Below are positions 10,401 to 23,800 of a DNA stretch of 64,000 bases, piece after piece (the first letter of the stretch is position 1; each line of letters opens with the position of its first letter). Source of the DNA: Eledone cirrhosa (Eukaryota); NCBI GenBank assembly GCA_964016885.1, contig CAXHJY010000955.1, positions 62,001 to 126,000 on the forward strand, written 5' to 3'. The notes under the pieces were generated by a model, which saw only the letters and a list, made by a program, of their open reading frames with translations, did not search any database and was not told the origin of the DNA. A program made the translations under genes and the position numbers.

Positions 10401-13400
10401 AAATATATTGGAGTAAAGTTGGGAATAGAAATATATTGGTGTAAAGTTGGGAATAGAAATATATTGGAGTAAAGTTGGGAATAGAAATATATTGGTGCAA
10501 AGTTGGAATAGAAATATATTGGTGTAAAGTTGGGAATAAAAATATATTGGTGTAAAGTTGGGAATAGAAATATATTGGTGCAAAGTTGGGAATAGAAATA
10601 TATTGGTGTAAAGTTGGGAATAGAAATATATTGGAGTAAAGTTGGAAATAGAAATATATTGGAGTAAAGTTGGAATAGAAATATATTGGTGTAAAGTTGG
10701 GTATAGAAATATATTGGTGTAAAGTTGGAATAGAAATATATGGTGTAAAGTTGGAATAGAAATATATTGGTGTAAAGTTGGGAATAGAAATATATTGGAG
10801 TAAGGTTGGAATAGAAATATATTGGTGTAATGTTGGAATAGAAATATATTGGTGTAAAGTTGGGAATAGAAATATATTGGTGTAAAGTTGGGAATAGAAA
10901 TATATTGCTGTAAAGTTGGAATAGAAATATATTGGTGTAAAGTTGGAATAGAAATATATTGGTGTAAAGTTGGGAATAGAAATATATTGGAGTAAGGTTG
11001 AAATAGAAATATATTGGTGTAAAGTTGGGAATAGAAATATATTGGTGTAAAGTTGGAAATAGAAATATATTGGAGTAAAGTTGGAATAGAAATATATTGG
11101 TGTAAAGTTGGGTATAGAAATATATTGGTGTAAAGTTGGAATAGAAATATATGGTGTAAAGTTGGAATAGAAATATATTGGTGTAAAGTTAGAATAGAAA
11201 TATATTGGTGTAAAATTGGGAATAGAAATATATTGGTGAATAGTTGAGAATAGAAATATATCGGTGGAATGTTGGAAATAGAAACATATCGGTGTAAAGT
11301 TGGGAATAGAAATATATTGGTGTAAAGTTGGAATAGAAAGATATTGGTGTAAAGTTGGAATAGAAATATATTGGTGTAATGTTGGGAATAGAAATATATT
11401 GGTGTAAAGTTGGAATAGAAATATATTGGTGTAAAGTTAGGAATAGAAATATATTGGAGTAAGGTTGAAATAGAAATATATTGGTGTAAAGTTGGAATAG
11501 AAATATATTGGTGTAAAGATGGGAATAGAAATATATTGGTGCAAAGTTGGGAATAGAAATATATTGGTGTAAAGTTGGGAATAGAAATATATTGGTGTAA
11601 AGTTGGGATAGAAATATACTGGTGTAGAGTTGAGAATAGAAATATATTGGTGTAAAGTTGGAATCGAAATATATTGGAGTAATGTTGGGAATAGAAATAT
11701 ATTGGTGTAAAGTTGGGAATAGAAATATATTGGTGTAAAGTTGGAATATTGGTGTAAAGTTGGAATATTGGTGTAAAGTTGGGAATAGAAATATATTGGT
11801 GTAAAGTTGGGAAGAGAAATATATTGGTGTAAAGTTGGGAATAGAAATATATTGGTGTAGAGTTGGGAATAGAAATATATTGGTGTAAAGTTGGGAATAG
11901 AAATATATTGGTGTAAAGTTGGAATATTGGTGTAAAGTTGGGAATAGAAATATATTGGTGTAAAGTTGGGAAGAGAAATATATTGGAGTAATGTTGGGAA
12001 TAGAAATATATTGGTGTAAAGTTGGAATAGAAATATATTGGTGTAAAGTTGGAATAGAAATATATTTGTGTAAAGTTGGGAATAGAAATATATTGGTGTA
12101 AAGTTGGAATAGAAATATATTGGTGTAAAGTTGGGAATAGAAATATATTGGTGAATAGTTGGGAATAGAAATATATTGGTGTAAAGTTGGAATAGAAATA
12201 TATTGGTGTAAAGTTGGAATAGAAATATATTGGTGTAAAGTTGGAATAGAAATATAATGGTGTAAAGTTGGGAATAGAAATATATTGGTGCAAAGTTGGG
12301 AATAGAAATATATTGGAGTAAAGTTGGGAATAGAAATATATTGGTGTAAAGTTGGGAATAGAAATATATTGGAGTAAAGTTGGGAATAGAAATATATTGG
12401 TGCAAAGTTGGAATAGAAATATATTGGTGTAAAGTTGGGAATAAAAATATATTGGTGTAAAGTTGGGAATAGAAATATATTGGTGCAAAGTTGGGAATAG
12501 AAATATATTGGTGTAAAGTTGGGAATAGAAATATATTGGAGTAAAGTTGGGAATAGAAATATATTGGTGCAAAGTTGAAATAGAAATATATTGGTGTAAA
12601 GTTGGAATAGAAATATATTGGTGTAAAGTTGGAATAGAAATATATTGGTGTAAAGTTGGAATAGAAATATATTGGTGTAAAGTTGGGAATAGAAATATAT
12701 TGGAGTAAGGTTGGAATAGAAATATATTGGTGTAAAGTTGGGAATAGAAATATATTGGTGTAAAGTTGGAAATAGAAATATATTGGAGTAAAGTTGGAAT
12801 AGAAATATATTGGTGTAAAGTTGGGTATAGAAATATATTGGTGTAAAGTTGGAATAGAAATATATGGTGTAAAGTTGGAATAGAAATATATTGGTGTAAA
12901 GTTAGAATAGAAATATATTGGTGTAAAATTGGGAATAGAAATATATTGGTGAATAGTTGAGAATAGAAATATATCGGTGGAATGTTGGGAATAGAAATAT
13001 ATTGGTGTAAAGTTGGAATAGAAATATATTGGTGTAAAGTTGGAATAGAAATATATTGGTGTAATGTTGGGAATAGAAATATATTGGTGTAAAGTTGGAA
13101 TAGAAATATATTGGTGTAAAGTTAGGAATAGAAATATATTGGAGTAAGGTTGAAATAGAAATATATTGGTGTAAAGTTGGAATAGAAATATATTGGTGTA
13201 AAGTTGGGAATAGAAATATATTGGTGTAAAGTTGGGAATAGAAATATTTTGGTGTAAAGTTGGAAATAGAAATATATTGGTGTAAAATTGGAATAGAAAT
13301 ATATTGGTGTAAAGTTGGAAATAGAAATATATTGGAATGAGGTTGGAATAGAAATATATTGGTGTAAAGTTAGAATAGAAATATATTGGTGTAAAGTTAG

Positions 13401-16211
13401 GAATAGAAATATATTGGTGTAAAGTTGGGAATAGGAATATATTGGTGTAAAGTTGGAATAGAAATATATGGTGTAAAGTTGGAATAGAAATACATTGGTG
13501 TAAAGTTGGAATAGAAATATATTTGTGTAAATTTGGAATAGAAATATATTGGTGTAAATTTGGGAATAGAAATATATTGGTGTAAAGTTGGAATAGAAAT
13601 ATATTGGTGTAAAGTTGGAATAGAAATATATTGGTGTAAAGTTGGGAATAGAAATATATTGGTGTAAAGTTGGGAATAGAAATATTTTGGTGTAAAGTTG
13701 GGAATAGAAATATATTGGTGTAAAGTTGGATATAGAACTATTTTGGTGTAAAGTTGGGAATAGAAATATATTGGTGTAAAGTTGGGAACAGAAATATATT
13801 GGTGTAAAGTTGGAATAGAAATATATTGGTGTAAAGTTGGGAATAGAAATATATTGGTGTAAAGTTGGAACAGAAATATATTGGTGTAAAGTTTGAATAG
13901 AAATATATTGGTGTAAAGTTGGGAATAGAATTATTTTGGTGTAAAGTTGGAATAGAAATATATGGTGTAAAGTTGGAATAGAAATATAATGGTGTAAAGT
14001 TGGAATAGAAATATATTGGTGTAAAGTCGGAATAGAAATATATTGGTGTAAAGTTGAGAATAGAAATATATTGGTGTAAAGTTGGAATAGAAATATATTG
14101 GTGTAAAGTCGGAATAGAAATATATTGGTGTAAAGTTGGAATAGAAATATATTGGTGCAAAGTTGGGAATAGAAATATATTGGAGTAAAGTTGGGAATAG
14201 AAATATATTGGTGTAAAGTTGGGAATAGAAATATATTGGTGTAAAGTTGGGAATAGAAATATATTGGTGCAAAGTTGGAATAGAAATATATTGGTGTAAA
14301 GTTGGGAATAGAAATATATTGGAGTAAAGTTGGGAAAAGAAATATATTGGTGCAAAGTTGAAATAGAAATATATTTGTGTAAAGTTGGAATAGAAATATA
14401 TTGGTGTAAAGTTGGAATAGAAATATATTGGTGTAAAGTTGGGAATAGAAATATATTGGTGAAAAGTTGAAATAGAAATATATTGGTGTAAAGTTGGGAA
14501 TAGAAATATATTGGTGTAAAGTTGGAATAGAAATATATTGGTGTAAAGTTGGGAATAGAAATATATTGGTGAATAGTTGGGAATAGAAATATATTGGTGT
14601 AAAGTTGGAATAGAAATATATTGGTGTAAAGTTGGAATAGAAATATATTGGTGTAAAGTTGGAATAGAAATATAATGGTGTAAAGTTGGGAATAGAAATA
14701 TATTGGTGCAAAGTTGGGAATAGAAATATACTGGAGTAAAGTTGGGAATAGAAATATATTGGTGTAAAGTTGGGAATAGAAATATATTGGAGTAAAGTTG
14801 GGAATAGAAATATATTGGTGCAAAGTTGGAATAGAAATATATTGGTGTAAAGTTGGAAATAGAAATATTTTGGTGTAAAGTTGGGAATAGAAATATATTG
14901 GTGTAAAGTTGGAATAGAAATATATTGGTGTAAATTTGGAATAGAAATATATTGGTGTAAATTTGGGAATAGAAATATATTGGTGTAAAGTTGGAATAGA
15001 AATATACTGGTGTAAAGTTGGGAATAGAAATATATTGGAGTAAGGTTGAAATAGAAATATATTGGTGTAAAGTTGGGAATAGAAATATATTGGTGTAAAG
15101 TTGGGAATAGAAATATATTGGTGTAAAGTTGGGAATAGAAATATATTGGTGTAAAGTTGGGAATAGAAATATATTGGTGTAAAGTTGGAATAGAAATATA
15201 TTGGTGTAAAGTTGGAATAGAAATATAATGGTGTAAAGTTGGGAATTGAAATATATTGGTGCAAAGTTGGGAATAGAAATATATGGGAGTAAAGTTGGGA
15301 ATAGAAATATATTGGTGTAAAGTTGGGAATAGAAATATATTGGTGCAAAGTTGGAATAGAAATATATTGGTGTAAAGTTGGGAATAGAAATATATTGGAG
15401 TAAAGTTGGGAATAGAAATATATTGGTGCAAAGTTGAAATAGAAATATATTGGTGTAAAGTTGGAATAGAAATATATTGGTGTAAAGTTGGAATAGAAAT
15501 ATATTGGTGTAAAGTTGGGAATAGAAATATATTGGTGTAAAGTTGGGAATAGAAATATATTGGAGTAAGGTTGGAATAGAAATATATTGGTGTAATGTTG
15601 CAATAGAAATATATTGGTGGAAAGTTGGGAATAGAAATATATTGGTGTAAAGTTGGGAATAAAAATATATTGGTGTAAAGTTGGGAATAGAAATATTTTG
15701 GTGTAAAGTTGGGAATAAAAATATATAGGTGTAAAGTTGGAATAGAAATATATTGGTGTAAATTTGGAATAGAAATATATTGGTGTAAATTTGGGAATAG
15801 AAATATATTGGTGTAAAGTTGGAATAGAAATATATTGGTGTAAAGTTGGGAATAGAAATATATTGGAGTAAGGTTGAAATAGAAATATATTGGTGTAAAG
15901 TTGGGAATAGAAATATATTGGTGTAAAGTTGGGAATAGAAATATATTGGTGTAAAGTTGGGAATAGAAATATATTGGTGTAAAGTTGGGAATAGAAATAT
16001 ATTGGTGTAAAGTTGGAATAGAAATATATTGGTGTAAAGTTGGAATAGAAATATAATGGTGTAAAGTTGGGAATAGAAATATATTGGTGCAAAGTTGGGA
16101 ATAGAAATATATTGGAGTAAAGTTGGGAATAGAAATATATTGGTGTAAAGTTGGGAATAGAAATATATTGGAGTAAAGTTGGTAATAGAAATATATTGGT
16201 GCAAAGTTGGA

Positions 16212-19200
16212 ATAGAAATATATTGGTGTAAAGTTGGAATAGAAATATATTGGTGTAAAGTTGGGAATAGAAATATATTGGTGTAAAGTTGGGAATAGAA
16301 ATATTTTGGTGTAAAGTTGGGAATAGAAATATATTGGTGTAAAGTTGGAATAGAAATATATTGGTGTACATTTGGAATAGAAATATATTGGTGTAAATTT
16401 GGGAATAGAAATAAATTGGTGTACAGTTGGAATAGAAATATACTGGTGTCAAGTTGGGAATAGAAATATATTGGAGTAAGGTTGAAATAGAAATATATTG
16501 GTGTAAATTTGGGAATAGAAATATGTTGGTGTAAAGTTGGGAATAGAAATATATTGGTGTAAAGTTGGGAATAGAAATATATTGGTGTAAAGTTGGAATA
16601 GAAATATATTGGTGTAAAGTTGGTATAGAAATATAATGGTGTAAAGTTGGGAATAGAAATATATTGCTGCAAAGTTGGGAATAGAAATATATTGGTGCAA
16701 AGTTGGGAATAGAAATATATTGGAGCAAAGTTGGGAATAGAAATATATTGGTGTAAAGTTGGGAATAGAAATATATTGGAGTAAGGTTGGAATAGAAATA
16801 TATTGGTGTAATGTTGGAATAGAAATATATTGGTGGAAAGTTGGGAATAGAAATATATTGGTGTAAAGTTGGGAATAGAAATATATTGGTGTAAAGTTGG
16901 AATAGAAATATATTGGTGTTAAGTTGGAATAGAAATATATTGGTGTAAAGTTGGAATAGATATATATTGGTGTAAAATTGGGAATAGAAATATATTGGAG
17001 TAAGGTTGAAATAGAAATATATTGGTGTAAAGTTGGGAATAGAAATATATTGGTGTAAAGTTGGGAATAGAAATATATTGGTGTAAAGTTGGGAATAGAA
17101 ATATTTTGGTGTAAAGTTGGGAATAGAAATATATTGGTGTAAAGTTGGAATAGAAATATATTGGTGTAAAGTTGGGAATAGAAATATATTGGTGTAAAGT
17201 TGGGAATAGAAATATATTGGTGTAAAGTTGGAAAAGAAATATATTGGAGTAAAGTTGGGAATAGAAATATATTGGTGTAAAGTTGGGAATAGAAATATAT
17301 TGGTGTAAAGTTGGAATAGAAATATATTGGTGTAAAGTTGGAATAGAAATATATTGGTGTAAAGATGGAAATAGAAATATATTGGTGTAAAGTTGGAATA
17401 GAAATATATTGGTGTAAAGTTGGGTATAGAAATATATTGGTGTAAAGTTGGAATAGAAATATATGGTGTAAAGTTGGAATAGAAATATATTGGTGTAAAG
17501 TTAGAATAGAAATATATTGGTGTAAAATTGGGAATAGAAATATATTGGTGAATAGTTGGGAATAGAAATATATCGGTGGAATGTTGGGAATAGAAATATA
17601 TTGGTGTAAAGTTGGGAATAGAAATATATTGGTGTAAAGTTGGAATAGAAATATATTGGTATAAAGTTGGGAATAGAAATATATTGGAGTAAGGTTGAAA
17701 AAGAAATGTAGTGGTGTAAATTTGGGAATAGAAATATATTGGTGTAAAGTTGGGAATAGAAATATATTGGTGTAAAGTTGGGAATAGAAATATATTGGTG
17801 TAAAGTTGGGAATAAAAATATATTGGTGTAAAGTTGGAATAGAAATATGTTGGTGTAAAGTTGGAATAGAAATATAATGGTGTAAAGTTGGGAATAGAAA
17901 TATATTGGTGCAAAGTTGGGAATAGAAATATATTGGAGTAAAGTTGAGAATAGAAATATATTGGTGTAAAGTTGGGAATAGAAATATATTGGTGCAAAGT
18001 TGAAATAGAAATATATTGGTGTAAAGTTGGAATAGAAATATATTGGTGTAAAGTTGGAATAGAAATATATTGGTGTAATGTTGGGAATAGAAATATATTG
18101 GTGTAAAGTTGGAATAGAAATATATTGGTGTAAAGTTGGGAATAGAAATATATTGGAGTAAGGTTGGAATAGAAATATATTGGTGTAATGTTGGAATAGA
18201 AATATATTGGTGGAAAGTTGGCAATAAAAATATATTGGTGTAAAGTTGGGAATAGAAATATATTGGTGTAAAGTTGGAATAGAAATATATTGGTGTTAAG
18301 TTGGAATAGAAATATATTGGTGAAAAGTTGGAATAGAAATATATTGGTGTAAAGTTGGGAATAGAAATATATTGGAGTAAGGTTGAAATAGAAATATATT
18401 GGTGTAAAGTTGGGAATAGAAATATTTCGGTGTAAAGTTGAGAATAGAAATATATTGGTGTAAAGTTGGAATAGAAATATATTGGTGTAAAGTTGGGAAT
18501 AGAAATATATTGGTGTAAAGTTGGGAATAGAAATATTTTGGTGTAAAGTTGGGAATAGAAATATATTGGTGTAAAGTTGGAATAGAAATATATTGGTGTA
18601 CATTTGGAATAGAAATATATTGGTGTAAATTTGGGAATAGAAATAAATTGGTGTACAGTTGGAATAGAAATATACTGGTGTCAAGTTGGGAATAGAAATA
18701 TATTGGAGTAAGGTTGAAATAGAAATATATTGGTGTAAATTTGGGAATAGAAATATGTTGGTGTAAAGTTGGGAATAGAAATATATTGGTGTAAAGTTGG
18801 GAATAGAAATATATTGGTGTAAAGTTGGAATAGAAATATATTGGTGTAAAGTTGGTATAGAAATATAATGGTGTAAAGTTGGGAATAGAAATATATTGCT
18901 GCAAAGTTGGGAATAGAAATATATTGGTGCAAAGTTGGGAATAGAAATATATTGGAGCAAAGTTGGGAATAGAAATATATTGGTGTAAAGTTGGGAATAG
19001 AAATATATTGGAGTAAGGTTGGAATAGAAATATATTGGTGTAATGTTGGAATAGAAATATATTGGTGGAAAGTTGGGAATAGAAATATATTGGTGTAAAG
19101 TTGGGAATAGAAATATATTGGTGTAAAGTTGGAATAGAAATATATTGGTGTTAAGTTGGAATAGAAATATATTGGTGTAAAGTTGGAATAGATATATATT

Positions 19201-20820
19201 GGTGTAAAATTGGGAATAGAAATATATTGGAGTAAGGTTGAAATAGAAATATATTGGTGTAAAGTTGGGAATAGAAATATATTGGTGTAAAGTTGGGAAT
19301 AGAAATATATTGGTGTAAAGTTGGGAATAGAAATATTTTGGTGTAAAGTTGGGAATAGAAATATATTGGTGTAAAGTTGGAATAGAAATATATTGGTGTA
19401 AAGTTGGGAATAGAAATATATTGGTGTAAAGTTGGGAATAGAAATATATTGGTGTAAAGTTGGAAAAGAAATATATTGGAGTAAAGTTGGGAATAGAAAT
19501 ATATTGGTGTAAAGTTGGGAATAGAAATATATTGGTGTAAAGTTGGAATAGAAATATATTGGTGTAAAGTTGGAATAGAAATATATTGGTGTAAAGATGG
19601 AAATAGAAATATATTGGTGTAAAGTTGGAATAGAAATATATTGGTGTAAAGTTGGGTATAGAAATATATTGGTGTAAAGTTGGAATAGAAATATATGGTG
19701 TAAAGTTGGAATAGAAATATATTGGTGTAAAGTTAGAATAGAAATATATTGGTGTAAAATTGGGAATAGAAATATATTGGTGAATAGTTGGGAATAGAAA
19801 TATATCGGTGGAATGTTGGGAATAGAAATATATTGGTGTAAAGTTGGGAATAGAAATATATTGGTGTAAAGTTGGAATAGAAATATATTGGTATAAAGTT
19901 GGGAATAGAAATATATTGGAGTAAGGTTGAAAAAGAAATGTAGTGGTGTAAATTTGGGAATAGAAATATATTGGTGTAAAGTTGGGAATAGAAATATATT
20001 GGTGTAAAGTTGGGAATAGAAATATATTGGTGTAAAGTTGGGAATAAAAATATATTGGTGTAAAGTTGGAATAGAAATATGTTGGTGTAAAGTTGGAATA
20101 GAAATATAATGGTGTAAAGTTGGGAATAGAAATATATTGGTGCAAAGTTGGGAATAGAAATATATTGGAGTAAAGTTGAGAATAGAAATATATTGGTGTA
20201 AAGTTGGGAATAGAAATATATTGGTGCAAAGTTGAAATAGAAATATATTGGTGTAAAGTTGGAATAGAAATATATTGGTGTAAAGTTGGAATAGAAATAT
20301 ATTGGTGTAATGTTGGGAATAGAAATATATTGGTGTAAAGTTGGAATAGAAATATATTGGTGTAAAGTTGGGAATAGAAATATATTGGAGTAAGGTTGGA
20401 ATAGAAATATATTGGTGTAATGTTGGAATAGAAATATATTGGTGGAAAGTTGGCAATAAAAATATATTGGTGTAAAGTTGGGAATAGAAATATATTGGTG
20501 TAAAGTTGGAATAGAAATATATTGGTGTTAAGTTGGAATAGAAATATATTGGTGAAAAGTTGGAATAGAAATATATTGGTGTAAAGTTGGGAATAGAAAT
20601 ATATTGGAGTAAGGTTGAAATAGAAATATATTGGTGTAAAGTTGGGAATAGAAATATTTCGGTGTAAAGTTGAGAATAGAAATATATTGGTGTAAAGTTG
20701 GAATAGAAATATATTGGTGTAAAGTTGGGAATAGAAATATATTGGTGTAAAGTTGGGAATAGAAATATTTTGGTGTAAAGTTGGGAATAGAAATATATTG
20801 GTGTAAAGTTGGAATAGAAA
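16212..20820. repeat. Higher-order tandem duplication, period 2,232 bp (boundaries approximate)
   Basis: Rare variant TGTACA at 16365 and 18597; TCGGTGGAATG at 17573 and 19805. ORF-track ends 16449/18681, 16672/18904 and 18296/20528 all differ by 2232. Confidence 0.92.
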
Positions 20821-23800
20821 TATATTGGTGTAAATTTGGGAATAGAAATATATTGGTGTAAAGTTGGAATAGAAATATACTGGTGTAAAGTTGGGAATAG
20901 AAATATATTGGAGTAAGGTTGAAATAGAAATATATTGGTGTAAATTTGGGAATAGAAATATGTTGGTGTAAAGTTGGGAATAGAAATATATTGGTGTAAA
21001 GTTGGGTATAGAAATATATTGGTGTAAAGTTGGAATAGAAATATATTGGTGTAAAGTTGGTATAGAAATATAATGGTGTAAAGTTGGGAATAGAAATATA
21101 TTGGTGCAAAGTTGGGAATAGAAATATATTGGTGCAAAGTTGGGAATAGAAATATATTGGAGCAAAGTTGGGAATAGAAATATATTGGTGTAAAGTTGGG
21201 AATAGAAATATATTGGAGTAAGGTTGGAATAGAAATATATTGGTGTAATGTTGGAATAGAAATATATTGGTGGAAAGTTGGGAATAGAAATATATTGGTG
21301 TAAAGTTGGGAATAGAAATATATTGGTGTAAAGTTTGAATAGAAATATATTGGTGTTAAGTTGGAATAGAAATATATTGGTGTAAAGTTGGAATAGAAAT
21401 ATATTGGTGTAAAGTTGGGAATAGAAATATATTGGAGTAAGGTTGAAATAGAAATATATTGGTGTAAAGTTGGGAATAGAAATATATTGGTGTAAAGATG
21501 GGAATAGAAATATATTGGTGTAAAGTTGGGAATAGAAATATTTTGGTGTAAAGTTGGGAATAGAAATATATTGGTGTAAAGTTGGAATAGAAATATATTG
21601 GTGTAAAGTTGGGAATAGAAATATATTGGTGTAAAGTTGGGAATAGAAATATATTGGTGTAAAGTTGGAATAGAAATATATTGGAGTAAAGTTGGGAATA
21701 GAAATATATTGGTGTAAAGTTGGGAATAGAAATATACTGGTGTAAAGTTGGAATAGAAATAAATTGGAATAAAGTTGGGAATAGAAATATATTGGTGTAA
21801 AGTTGGAATAGAAATATATTGGTGTAAAGTTGGAATAGAAATATATTGGTGTAAAGTTGGAAATAGAAATATATTGGTGTAAAGTTGGAATAGAAATATA
21901 TTGGTGTAAAGTTGGGTATAGAAATATATTGGTGTAAAGTTGGAATAGAAATATATGGTGTAAAGTTGGAATAGAAATATATTGGTGTAAAGTTAGAATA
22001 GAAATATATTGGTGTAAAATTGGGAATAGAAATATATTGGTGAATAGTTGGTAATAGAAATATATCGGTGGAATGTTGGGAATAGAAATATATTGGTGTA
22101 AAGTTGGGAATAGAAATATATTGGTGTAAAGTTGGAATAGAAATATATTGGTGTAAAGTTGGAATAGAAATATATTGGTGTAAAGTTGGGAATAGAAATA
22201 TATTGGTGTAAAGTTGGGAATAGAAATATATTGGAGTAAGGTTGGAATAGAAATATATTGGTGTAATGTTGCAATAGAAATATATTGGTGGAAAGTTGGG
22301 AATAGAAATATATTGGTGTAAAGTTGGGAATAAAAATATATTGGTGTAAAGTTGGGAATAGAAATATTTTGGTGTAAAGTTGGGAATAGAAATATATTGG
22401 TGTAAAGTTGGAATAGAAATATATTGGTGTAAATTTGGAATAGAAATATATTGGTGTAAATTTGGGAATAGAAATATATTGGTGTAAAGTTGGAATAGAA
22501 ATATATTGGTGTAAAGTTGGGAATAGAAATATATTGGAGTAAGGTTGAAATAGAAATATATTGGTGTAAAGTTGGGAATAGAAATATATTGGTGTAAAGT
22601 TGGGAATAGAAATATATTGGTGTAAAGTTGGGAATAGAAATATATTGGTGTAAAGTTGGGAATAGAAATATATTGGTGTAAAGTTGGAATAGAAATATAT
22701 TGGTGTAAAGTTGGAATAGAAATATAATGGTGTAAAGTTGGGAATAGAAATATATTGGTGCAAAGTTGGGAATAGAAATATATTGGAGTAAAGTTGGGAA
22801 TAGAAATATATTGGTGTAAAGTTGGGAATAGAAATATATTGGAGTAAAGTTGGTAATAGAAATATATTGGTGCAAAGTTGGAATAGAAATATATTGGTGT
22901 AAAGTTGGAATAGAAATATATTGGTGTAAATTTGGGAATAGAAATATATTGGTGTAAAGTTGGGAATAGAAATATTTTGGTGTAAAGTTGGGAATAGAAA
23001 TATATTGGTGTAAAGTTGGAATAGAAATATATTGGTGTAAATTTGGAATAGAAATATATTGGTGTAAATTTGGGAATAGAAATATATTGGTGTAAAGTTG
23101 GAATAGAAATATACTGGTGTCAAGTTGGGAATAGAAATATATTGGAGTAAGGTTGAAATAGAAATATATTGGTGTAAAGTTGGAATAGAAATATACTGGT
23201 GTAAAGTTGGGAATAGAAATATATTGGAGTAAGGTTGAAATAGAAATATATTGGTGTAAATTTGGGAATAGAAATATATTGGTGTAAAGTTGGAATAGAA
23301 ATATATTGGTGTAAAGTTGGGAATAGAAATATATTGGAGTAAGGTTGGAATAGAAATATATTGGTGTAATGTTGGAATAGAAATATATTGGTGGAAAGTT
23401 GGCAATAAAAATATATTGGTGTAAAGTTGGGAATAGAAATATATTGGTGTAAAGTTGGAATAGAAATATATTGGTGTTAAGTTGGAATAGAAATATATTT
23501 GTGAAAAGTTGGAATAGAAATATATTGGTGTAAAGTTGGGAATAGAAATATATTGGAGTAAGGTTGAAATAGAAATATATTGGTGTAAAGTTGGGAATAG
23601 AAATATTTCGGTGTAAAGTTGAGAATAGAAATATATTGGTGTAAAGTTGGAATAGAAATATATTGGTGTAAAGTTGGGAATAGAAATATATTGGTGTAAA
23701 GTTGGGAATAGAAATATTTTGGTGTAAAGTTGGGAATAGAAATATATTGGTGTAAAGTTGGAATAGAAATATATTGGTGTAAATTTGGAATAGAAATATA

